A DNA stretch of 64,000 nucleotides, from the NCBI GenBank assembly GCA_976551045.1, contig CDPCPM010000367.1, forward strand, positions 744,001 through 808,000. Direction: 5' to 3'. The DNA comes from Glaucostegus cemiculus. Lineage: Eukaryota. The position numbers and the translations under genes are program-made. This document shows, piece by piece, positions 40,060 through 51,165 of the stretch (positions are counted from its first letter, which is position 1; every line of letters starts with the position of its first letter). Under the pieces are notes generated by a model. It was not told the origin of the DNA, did no database searches, and saw only the letters and a list, made by a program, of their open reading frames with translations.

Positions 40060-42020
40060 ATGTATCACATAGGTTAGACTGTGGAAAGAGGGAATTCAGC
40101 CCATCAAGTCTCTCAGAGCGATCCAACTGATACCTATTCTTTCACTCGCTCCTAACAGACCTACAAATACTTTCCTTTAAGATGCTTATCCAGCTCCCTT
40201 CTGAATGCTACAATTGAACCTGCCCCCCAGTTCTAACCCCAGCAGTGCATTTCATATCTCAACCACTCACTCACTTAAACACATTTTTCCTCATGTCATT
40301 TTGTTTTTTTAATCATCTTCATTCTATGCTCTCTGGTCCCTGACATTTCAACCAATGGGAAGTTTATTTTTTAAATCTCCACTATCTTTACTCATCATGA
40401 TTTAACATGCTTCCATCAATCTGTTCATACCTCCTCTATTGCTTAGAGTTATCTTAGTCTCTCTCTTCTGCAATCTCTCTAAAACTTCTGCCTCTTTCCC
40501 AAGTCCAAGTCATTAATATATATTAAAATTACTGGTCATAGTACCAACTCTTGGAAATTCCATTGTGTTTCCCTCTAGTCTGAAAAACTACCACTCTGTT
40601 TCCTGTTAATTAGCTAATCTTCTATCCATATTGCTACAGCCTCGTATTCCAGGAGCCTTTCATGCAATCTTGTGTGGCAACTTACCAAAAAATTACATCC
40701 CTGAGCAACCCATTGAATTCAAAAAGAACTTAATCAATTTAGTGAAATAGGATTTGCCTTTAAATCCATGCTTGCATTCTCTAATCCAATTTTCACCTAT
40801 TCAAGCAAATACTATTGTCCCCAAATTTTAGAACTATGCCCACCAAGGCCATATCAATTGGTGCATAGTTACTGGGTTTATCTCTACATGTTTTTCTTTT
40901 GAATGAGAGTTAACATTTTCTATTCTACAGCACTCCTGAATCCATAGATGTTTGGAAGATATAGCCAAGACTTCTACGATTCTTATTCCTCCCACACTTC
41001 AGTCTACGACCTAGGATGCATCCCTTCAGAACCAGTTATATATCAGAAAGGCTGGCTACATTTTAACATCTCCTTAATTTTAGTCAAACATAATCTGAAG
41101 TGCATCATTTTTTGCTGCAATTCCAACAGCACCTTCTTCCTTGGTGGGTGAATGACATGAAATACTTACTTAGTGCCTCAGCCATACCCTCTGCCTCTGA
41201 GTAGATTTCCTTTTTTTTTTAAGTTTCTGATAAGGCCCCTCCTCCTCTCTTAAAATGTTTTTGCTGTTTACGTGCATCCAGAATATTTTTGGGCTCCCTT
41301 TTGTGTACACCACTGGCCTTTTCTCAGGCTCTCTCTTCATTTTTATTTCTCTATTGATCTTTTGGTAATCAGCCTCATTCTTATTTGTGTTAACTACCTA
41401 GCAGCTGTCAGAATTTTTTTTATATATACATGTGGGCTTTGCAGGCTGAGCCAGCACTTAACTGCCCATTCCCAGTTGCCCTGTGTTACACTATCTTTTT
41501 GGTCATCCAGGCTCTGGCTTCAGTTTTCCTAATCCCCTCCAACATGGAACAGTTCAAATACAGTTTTGCCTTCCAAGCTTCATGTCCAATCTACCTGGTG
41601 CAGATATGTTCTCATCCACTGAAAATGGCCCTTCTCCAACTGACTATTTTTACCTTGGACTGTTTTATATCCTTTTTTTTTTAATAGCTGTTCTAAATCT
41701 TACTATATTATGAGCACTGTTTCCTGGATGTTTCTCCCACCAATACTTGCTCCACATGGCCTGGCTCTTTTCCCAGAACCAAGTCCCCTAATGCCACATT
41801 CCTCACTGGGCCAGGAACATATCAATATAGTCTTCCAAAATATACTTCAGAAACTTCTTCCCCTCCCCACCACTGCTTGTGTTGTTATCCCAGCATATAG
41901 ATTGTCGAAGTTCCACTATTATCACTGCTTTATGGCTTCTGCACCTCTCCAATTTCCCTGAACCTTTGGTCTTCAATATCATTCCCACTTGTTGGAGACC
42001 AATGGAATGGTCCTGCAGTG
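40060..42020 (-). mobile_element. Old, internally deleted CR1 LINE
   Basis: Tail ttcagcccatcaagtc near 40095, gaaataggatttgcc, ggtgcatagttact (NY-P-like), and endonuclease-region remnants toward 41900. Confidence 0.6.
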
Positions 42021-43344
42021 CAAGCACACCCCTACTACCACCAACCCTAAACTAATAAAAATGAAGCTAAGGTGAACAAGTACATTAATAACAACATGGC
42101 ACAGCATGCTCAGTATGGCATACCATGGTTGGCATATGGCAACAGAAAATATTAGATGTTCTGATAATAAATTGAAAATCAATTTAATGTATAGTTCACT
42201 ATTCTCAATATCCAGTTCATTGTCACAATGGATGTATGCAATCTCAAAAGATGAGCAATGTTATACAGAGATACCAACTCAAATTTACATCATGTATCAG
42301 CGGGTAATTGAATACTGAATATAAATCTAGACTGAGTGATCTGGATTAATCCAAATCTACATTAATTGAATCAAGAATATAATTGAGTTATAATATAAAT
42401 TCAATTAACAGAGCTAAAACCATTTAAACAATTTTTTATACAAAAAGGCTGTGACTGATTGAATTACATTACCTGGAATATTCTTCAATGTCATTACATG
42501 TCTGGCCTGCAACTAAATTTACACTTCTTCGTAGAATTAGAAGATCTTTCAGCAAATGGATTCAGTTTTAAAGCTTCACACATTGTGCCAAACTTTTCTG
42601 CAGAGCATATAGGAGACTGAACAACTTTAAAATTTGTAACTATTAATGAAATGAAATCTATGTTTGAATGCCTCCAGCATCAATGTGATCAGAAATTGAT
42701 GTTTAATGCTCTGTTCAGTAGTAATTTCACAAGAACACATCTGCCTAATTTACATTTTTTTCTGAACAGCAATACAATTTCATCACTGTCTTTCCATGGA
42801 AAAGGATTCACTTATCACTGCTATCCAAAAACTACTGACGGAAACTCACTAGGTATATACACTTTCGGTTATTGGAAGATTGGCCAAACAAACAGATTTG
42901 TTTTAGGCTTGCCCTAGAATAGTGCCACATTAAAGATCCCCAAACATTATTGCAGATAATCCAAAAGAGCCATAGAGTTTAGAAAAATAGTACCCATGGA
43001 ACTAGAGACAGAAAAGGATGCATGCCTTCATTAGAGGAAGGGAGAAAACGGACAAAAAGGAGACAAAGAGTTAAATCTCTTCTATTGAAGAGGATTTGAA
43101 TTCACCAGTTGAAAATGCATGTGGTCATTTCACACAAGCAGTTTCTTGGCAGTAATGATGGGTCTCTGATTTCTGTTACTAATAGCTAGAAACAGACAGA
43201 ACACTGAGGCAAATAAGGTCATGGAAAAGTGGAGGCACATGGTGGGTTAACAGAACTGTCTGAACAGGCAAATGTCTGAATGTGATTAATTAACCAGCAG
43301 AAAATTAAGGATATTCAGTAGAAAATATTTTCTAACTTCTTTAC

Positions 43345-43475
43345 CAGAGATGTCTGAATATTCTTCTGCATTAAACGTCAGTTCACTCTCAGTGGGCAGA
43401 TTTACAAATGCCTTCATTGCTGGAAAGTATGCAATGTGTCCATTGCTCACTTGTCGCAGAAGAGTTTCCAGATAC
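43345..43475 (-). CDS. NCKAP1: NCKAP1 coding exon (~exon 22, 131 nt)
   Basis: [43 protein letters not shown](E); acceptor TACACAG, donor G|GTAAAG. Confidence 0.97.
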
Positions 43476-43574
43476 CTGTGTAAATGTACAGTTAAATAAG
43501 ATTGTCCTTAAACATTAATAGCATCAGATAAGGCATTTTTCTTAATATGAAACGCATGTCATTTCAATACTTAC

Positions 43575-43793
43575 CAATTGGTGTATAAACTGGTTATGGT
43601 AGGTTCACCATGACTATCTAAATGCTGTGTCTGTTGGAGAAGGACATTGTTAAAAACTCTGGTAATATCAATCTGCACATAATTTTCTATGGATTGAAGT
43701 ACAGTCATGTAAGCTTTCACACTTGTCAGAAGCTCAGAAGGTTTGGCAATCTCCTGTGTAGCTTGATTGTACATCGTCATTCCCACAATTGAC
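43575..43793 (-). CDS. NCKAP1: NCKAP1 coding exon (~exon 21, 219 nt)
   Basis: [72 protein letters not shown](W); acceptor TTTCAG, donor TG|GTAAGT. Confidence 0.97.
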
Positions 43794-44108
43794 CTGAAAT
43801 TGAAATCCAAAGTGCATGTTTTAAAGTTAAACAATGACATTTGGATACAACATTGACAAATTACATAACATATGCAAGACTCAATTTTCTGCAAAGTTAT
43901 GCTTGCAAGGCTAAATGAAGTGACTCGTGGGCAAGTGAGCACTATTAAATGAACAAATATGGATATCAACAACCATTGTATAATCCTAATTTCAAAGATT
44001 CTAGAAGTCATGCAATTGTTTCATTTTCTTTACATTCTTAAATTCTCACTTGAAGACCCAAATGATCAGGAGTAAGGTCTGTCAGACCAGGCAGTTTTGA
44101 TTTTTTAA

Positions 44109-44190
44109 AATGATTACAAGCAAATATACAAGTACAATAAATGTACTTTAATGATTACAAGCAAATATACAAGTACAATAAATGTACTTT
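44109..44190. repeat. 41-bp perfect tandem duplication
   Basis: (aatgattacaagcaaatatacaagtacaataaatgtacttt)x2 at 44109-44149 and 44150-44190. Confidence 0.95.
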
Positions 44191-45224
44191 GAGAAATGAT
44201 TCAGATAGAATTATTTCTAATCTCTAGCAGGGATAATATACCCATACAAATCAAAAGTGGTCCAGGAAAAAGTGAAACAAGAAAATAACTTTAACAAGCC
44301 AAACGTTTTACCTGTTTGACAGTTCATAAATAAGTTATTTCAGTTGACAATAGCATCTTTGACTGAGCCAAAGTGTTAAATTTCAGTTTAAATTTTAGTT
44401 TAAATTTTCTATTTTGCCTTTTAGATACAAACCTAAAAATAGTTGGACACTTAAGTACCTGGATATTTTGTTGAACCATACCTTTACACAAGGGATTGGG
44501 GTGGGGAAGAAACCTTTTTGTGAAACCATGCCAAATTTCTTCCCTCTTGCAGCAATAATTCTTCAATTTAACACAGTTCCATGACACCAGGCACCACATA
44601 TAAATGATTATTTATGTAGAGGTCTAGACGTTACCAGCCCCGTTAGTAGATTATTTTACCAGAGGGAACAATACAGTCGACCCCATACCTGCTGCCTTGA
44701 AATTTCAGCACAGATTCCCAGATAGTCAGAGAATTGGTCAATATTGCTCATCTTAATTAAGGAGGCTGAAATGCCCTTGTACCACTTACTGATATCAGCT
44801 AACTCACAGAACAGGAAGTGAATCCACAACTTTCATAGAACTGTACAACTCTGATTCATAAATCAGCAGAGCTATTAAAGCATAGTGGGAATGGCCCCCT
44901 TTATAGGAAACCTTTCCTAATTTCTCGTTTCAGAACATCTACATCCCAGGAGACTTTACTAAATGCAATGACTAGCTGTCTGATTCTTGCACCTTTATTG
45001 TGGGGAAATAACCAAGGCTTTGAATGCACTCTCAATGGCCAAAATCAAGGGGATGAAACTAGGTACTCTCTCTCCACTGCATACAAATTAGTTCTTTGCA
45101 ATTTTGGCCTTGGCTTGAAAAGTGGATTTTTTTTTGCAACATTAGCCTTTTCAATTACAGCCATCTTAAAATATCCCACACTTCTGTGCACAATATTTCT
45201 TTCACCATTGTGAATAATTCTTAC

Positions 45225-45356
45225 TTAGTGAAACGGATTTCCAAATGTGAAGTAAGATACTCTCGAGGTGTAAAGGTGTGTTCCCACACTACTAAATTAG
45301 GAACGTAATTGATAGAGAAACAAAGCTCAGAGAGAGCAGTGTGCAGCTTGTCCAAA
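45225..45356 (-). CDS. NCKAP1: NCKAP1 coding exon (~exon 20, 132 nt)
   Basis: [43 protein letters not shown](K); acceptor TTTTTCAG, donor AA|GTAAGA; contained in ORF 45221..45415. Confidence 0.97.
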
Positions 45357-45922
45357 CTGAAAAACAAAATTAAAACAAAGTGAGAATGACAATTACCACA
45401 ATAACACATCTGCAAATTCCAGAAATCTCAAAATACCTCAAAATTATTTTGAGCGTTATATAAAATGAACAATGTACATCCATTGTATGCATCACTATAG
45501 TACCAGAGTTGGTTACCCCCAACCCCAATGGATCAACGTGAATCTGGAATGAGCCGATTTCATTTTACTCTATCCTTTCAGTTCTCCTCATTAAAATATT
45601 CTTTTCTCCCAGGATTTAAATTAAGTGTATTCTGATTTACATTGAAACTTTTTCTCCCCCACAAGGTTATATCACAATCAGCATGCCTTGATCAGTCCAA
45701 GCTCCTTAAAACATGAGAAAATATTCACAATAGAAATAGATAATTTAAATACTGCTTTATGGTAGCTGAGTTTCTTAAATGAAGGCAGCTGCTCACAATT
45801 TTAGTAAAAATGATAAGATAACATCAATCTTGAAAGTGTTAACCCTTCACAAATTTTTTTTAGAAGTTTGATCCTGGAAAAAAAGACTTGACCAAAAGAA
45901 AAATGAGTTAAGGACTGCTCAC

Positions 45923-46062
45923 TTGGTAACCAGTAGTCTGTTCTTTCTCATGCTCTCCACTCCAGGTTTCTCCCTTTCAGGTTCCCCCTTCTTTCCAGTT
46001 TGCTTTTTGGACTTTTTATTCACTGCTTGACTGATCGTCTTGGCACAATGTTTTGGCAATAA
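45923..46062 (-). CDS. NCKAP1: NCKAP1 coding exon (~exon 19, 140 nt)
   Basis: [46 protein letters not shown](N); acceptor CTGTAG, donor AA|GTGAGC. Confidence 0.97.
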
Positions 46063-47389
46063 CTACAGAACAAGAAGTGTAATCTTTAAAACAGCTTGAG
46101 ATAAATATGTCACAACGAGCACAATTAACATACTAATAGAAGTAGAATCAACCAAATACATACAATTTAAATCAGAATTCACTGACTTTTTTTTAAAATA
46201 GATGTGAATTTTTCATTTTGTACAGCATTGAGAAGTTTGGTCTCTGTTGGATGAAAAGCTACTGTACTTTCAAGTAGCAAAATATTAGGTAGTTTTTCAA
46301 AACATTCATTCCTGACAAAACTACCTTCACATTTTCCAAATGAATTATAAATATTAAGTGACTGCTTTCAGATTTTATGAAAGCAAAGTTTTAGACGAAT
46401 TGAGTTGTTCTTAATGCATCATTTAAAAAAAATCATACAGCTTAATACTAACAGCACAATATGTACATTTTGTGTGCAACTTTTTTTCTTCCATATCAGC
46501 AAGTAAAATACTCAGCACAAATGAGATTCATGGTCCTCCAGTTTCTCTTTTGATTTTTCCCCTGATGAACCTTTACCAACAATTTCTACACATCAACCAA
46601 CTATTTTTCAGCCTGGAGGTAAGGAAAAGATATGCTCAGTAAGAGAACCCTACAGAGTTAATTTGTGCTTCATCTGTAAGAAACAAAACCAGTCCTTGTC
46701 AATATTTTTAAATTTCATTTGGCAACAAACTGGGCTATAGAGTTTTGTTGTTCTTAATTCTTTCTATTTTCATACATTTTAATTTATTTTATAATGCATC
46801 CCACCAGCAACAATGTGCAACAATCACCTCCCCAAGGGTGAGAAAGTCAACATCTTGATAGATAATCAGAGAATGACAAAGTCAGCAATCAACAGTAATT
46901 GGTACTTGTGCATCAGGGTCTTCTACACAAGAGGCAAATCTTTCCATATGTCTACTTACGAGCTGTACGTTGGACCACACTCTGGTTTCTGACCTCCCCA
47001 GCATGCTTTTAGCAGTCTCAAATGGCTTTCAGCAGTAACTGCGCTAACCTTGATGCAGCTTCTGTGGTATCAAAGCTCTGACCTACCTACACATTGTAGT
47101 CAATGCAAGAGTTAGTCTGCTGAAGCTGTGCTCTTGGTGTTCCAGCCAATGAATCCTGTAAAGATCCAGTGTAGTCTGGTTACAGCTCCAGAAACACTGA
47201 AATCACCTGAGGACACCTTGGCCCTTGCCCGATCAGAGATATCCCCTACACAAGCAACCTCCATGTTACTGGGGAGGGTTGCATTCCTAGAAAATGTTCT
47301 GTAACACGTTTTCTGTAACATGAACCAACGTCAGCTGCGCATGCGTCAAGAAACACATGTTGAGAGAAAAAAAATTAGCTGCCAGCTCT

Positions 47390-47765
47390 TGCTCCACCCT
47401 TTCCATCTACCTTTTTATACTAGTTAGCTCCCCTTTCTTTCCAGTCCAGATGAAGAGTCTCAACCTGAAACGCTGACTATCTATTTCCCTCCAATGGATG
47501 CTGCCTGACCCACTGAGTTCCTCCAGCACCTTTGCGTGTTGCTTGAAAAAGAATTACTACTTTTCCCCCTCATGTAAATTTTGAGAGCGTGAATCTTAAT
47601 CTGTATTTTAAAAGTTTGGATAGTCATTTATAGATTCTGTAAGGCAAACCTCTGCAACATGAAACTAACTTGTTTATTCATTCTGCCAGTTCTGACAGTG
47701 TTTGATCTGAAACACTGACCATTTCTCTTTCCAAGATGCTGCCTGACTTGCTGGGTGTTTTCAAT
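47390..47765 (+). mobile_element. Two tandem Penelope terminal-repeat fragments (~47390-47545 and ~47655-47765)
   Basis: ccagtccagatgaagagtctcaacctgaaac...gatgctgcctgacccactgagttcctccagca and ccagttctgac...tctgaaacactgac...gatgctgcctgacttgctggg. Confidence 0.75.
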
Positions 47766-47802
47766 AATCTCTAATTTTTTTTTAAATAATGGCAGTAATA
47801 AT

Positions 47803-48350
47803 ACTTGGAGTATTGTGCTCAGTTCTGGTTGCCTCACTACAGGAAAGATGTAGAAGCCATAGAGAGGGTGCAGAGGAGGCTTATGAGGATGCTGCCTGGA
47901 ATGCGGAGCATGCCTTATGAAAGCAGGTTGCGGGAACTCGGCCTTTTCTCCTTGGAGAGGAGGAGGATGAGGGGAGACCTGATAGAGATATACAAGATGA
48001 TGAGAGGTATTGATCGTATTGATAGTCAGAGGCTTTTCCCCAGGGCTGAAATGGTGGCCACAAGAGGATGTAGGTTTAAGGTGCTGGGGAGTAGATATAG
48101 AGAAGATGTCAGGGCTAAGTTTTTTTTACTCAGAGTGTGGTGAGTGCGTGGAATGGCCTGCCGGAAGCGGTGGTGGAGGCGGATACAATAGGGTCTTTCA
48201 AGGGACTGTTAGATAGGTACATGGAGCTAAGTAAAATAGAGGGCTATGGGTAAGCCGAGTAATTTCTAGTGTAGGGACATATTTGGCACAGCTTTGTGGG
48301 CCGAAGGGCCTGAATTGTGCTGCAGTTTTTCTATGTTCTTCTATGTTCTA
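47803..48350 (+). mobile_element. Young HER1/CR1 LINE 3' fragment
   Basis: ORF 47805..48143 LEYCAQFWLPHYRKDVEAIERVQRR...RGDLIEIYKMMRG; tail gggccgaagggcctg...(ttctatg)n. Confidence 0.93.
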
Positions 48351-49079
48351 ATAAGATCCTGTTTAAAACTGGCTATCCACAAAAGGCTCCTTTCCCTATT
48401 CATGAAATCACGAGGCAATGCAAACAACCAAATAGTACAAGACTGAAATCTCGTCCTGCACTGAAACTGAAGGGTAACAAAACTGCACTGTAGCATCTCA
48501 CAGGTCTGGCATCTTCCCAGTTCTTCTCAAACGTGCTTTCCTGAACAAAAGATTTGACATACTAATAGAAGCGCAAGACTATTTCAAAACAGAAGACGTC
48601 ATCCAGTTCACTATTTGGGATCTACTCATCGTGGAAGATGCTGCACGTGTCTCTAACTCACATGATTAACTAGTTTTCCAACAGATGTAAATTCGACAAG
48701 GCAAATTAGCAGTGAAACAGTCAGGTGACAGAATACCAACAACCAACCAAATGTACATATTTGTTTCATCATATATATCAGATAAATCAAATTTGGGATT
48801 ATTTCTTTAAAACATAATCTAATGCCTGACGAAGCACACCATTTACACTAAGTAACAGATATTTATCCATAAGTCTCTTCACCACAGTTTCAGCTGCTCC
48901 AGAATCTTTTCACTTCTCTTTAATGTCTGTCCTGCTAGATCTCTAATTGTCAAATACCATCCTGACATGGAAATATATTCTTTCATTGTCAACCATTTTT
49001 AATCCTGGAACTTCCTTCCCAACAATATCGTACAAGTAGCTCTACTAGGACAGCAGAGTTCAAGAACATGTATAAATGC

Positions 49080-50070
49080 AGAGCATTCGTCCCTCATACC
49101 TACTATATTCTATAAGAATGTGACTTTTTTTTTAAAAAACCTCTGCCATTTTCCTGCATTAACCTGATATCCATTAATTCTCTTAATATCCAAATATCTA
49201 TCAAGCTCTGGTTTGAATATACTTGGAGACTGAGCTTCCATTGGCCTTTTGGCTAGAGAATTAAAGGTTCCCCAACCACTGCATGAAGAAGTTCCTTCTC
49301 ATCACTGTCCTAGGTGCCAGCTCCTTCCTTTGAGAATGAACTCCTGGTTCTAGGCAACCCACCAAAGGAAACGTGCAAAGTTCTCACAATCTTGATGTCA
49401 ATGAGATCACTGATAATTCTTCTAAATTTTAGTACAGGTCCAACTTGCTTAATCTTTCCTCATACAACAAAATTACCTTCACTCAAGCATCAATCTTGTG
49501 AAACTTGGTAGCATAAGTATTTTCTTAGGCAGGGAGAACAATTCTGTGGACCACAGTATATTCCAGATGTGGTGTCACTAGTGCCTTATACAACTGCAGC
49601 GGGATACCTATACCCTTGATTTAGAAGAGGATATTAGATCAAGGACAATATACCATTTTGCCTTCCTGATATTAACTTTATGATATGCAAAAAAAAAGGG
49701 CATCTAGGTCTCTCACAACACCAGCACTTTTCAGTCTGCTGCTATTTAAAAATACTCTGCTTTTTTCTCCCCATTTCTTATACCCAAGATTTTCCATATT
49801 GTACTCTATTTGCACATTCTCACCCATTTACTGAGCCTGTCTATATCATACCGATAAAGCACTGGACCCGAATATAGATTAATGAACAGTTGAAGCTCCA
49901 GAACCACTCCCAAAAGCATTGGATTAGTTATGATTGCCAAACCCAAGGTGACCTGTCTATTCATAATGTTTCTGTTAACTAATCCTAAATCCATATTGGA
50001 TTAATACACCCAAGCCCCTTGTTTATTACTTAATAACCTCATGTGGCATATTATCAAAGGCCTTCTAAAA
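49080..50070 (-). mobile_element. Old CR1 LINE 3' portion
   Basis: cacagtatattccagatgtggtgtcactagtgcc and tgtggcatattatcaaaggccttct (KAFD-like) on the reverse strand. Confidence 0.65.
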
Positions 50071-50679
50071 GGCTCAACACCCTCTTAAGGATAATTAGGA
50101 ATGAGCAGCACATGTTGGCGTAGTCACTGAAGCCCACATCAAGTCAAGTCACAGATCATGTCAAAATGATTGCAACATAGCATATTACAAGCAAGGCAAT
50201 GTGTAGTCAAGGCCTACAGACTTGCCCTGGTGATACCGCAACAACACAAATGTTACTAAATACACAAAGCTGAATCAATGTTTTGTAAAAATTTGCCTGT
50301 TACTGAATGGAAAAATGCTCGTAAATGTCTGAAATTACATGAAAATTGGGAGTTTTTGTTTAAATCGACCTTACACAAGTATCAGCAAGATTTATATAAC
50401 TCTAGGAAAAATGCTGGCCAGGATTAACAAAAGACACTCAGCTCTTTTCTCTGAAGAGGTGGTTAATGATATTTCCTGCTACCCAAACTAAATAGAAACT
50501 TAGTTTAATGCCTCATCCATAAAAGCTGTAGCTCAGATAATATCATGCTCTCTCAGGACACAGGAAACATCAGCTAAATTACTTGTGAATTTTGAACCTA
50601 CAATTTTTGATTCAGGTTTAAAACTACTAGTCAACCAAGCTTCAGTCACAGGAATAAAAAATTTAGACCTTATTTTAGT

Positions 50680-51165
50680 CTGGTGCTTGCTGTTTTTTGT
50701 TAGTTTCTCAGTGTTTTTGTGCTGTTTTTTTCTCTCGAGTTCTTTGTGCCTATGTCATGTGCTGATGATTGTGTGCTTAATACTCGTTTTATGGCTTCGG
50801 TGTTTGTGCTGACGGCACCGACAGCTCGTCGGAGGCAACAGCTCGGAGGCGGCCCTGGAGGACCGCGGGGCCAGAGGTGGTCGGATGGACCACAGCCCAC
50901 CGGGTGCTGGTCCGAGGCAACAAGCCACGCTGGCTGAGGGGATGCGGCGAGGCGGTGGCGAGGCCGGAGGTGGGGGGAGATGTACTGTTGAAGTTCTGGG
51001 AGGCCAAGTTGTATCGGCAGACCGATGTCCATGCGGTACCAATGTTTTGATGTCTTTGTCTGTTGTCTTTAATGTTATTTGCACTTTTGACCTTTGGCAT
51101 ACGATATCTCGCCTCCATGTATGTTGTGTGTATACATGGAAGTGACAATAAATTGATTCTGATTC
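50680..51165 (+). mobile_element. CpG-rich non-coding element ending in a Rex/Babar-type 3' tail (probable non-autonomous retroposon; left boundary approximate)
   Basis: GC/CpG-rich core 50810-51040, terminal stem-loop 51115-51139, then gtgacaataaa and (tgattc)x2. Confidence 0.6.
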
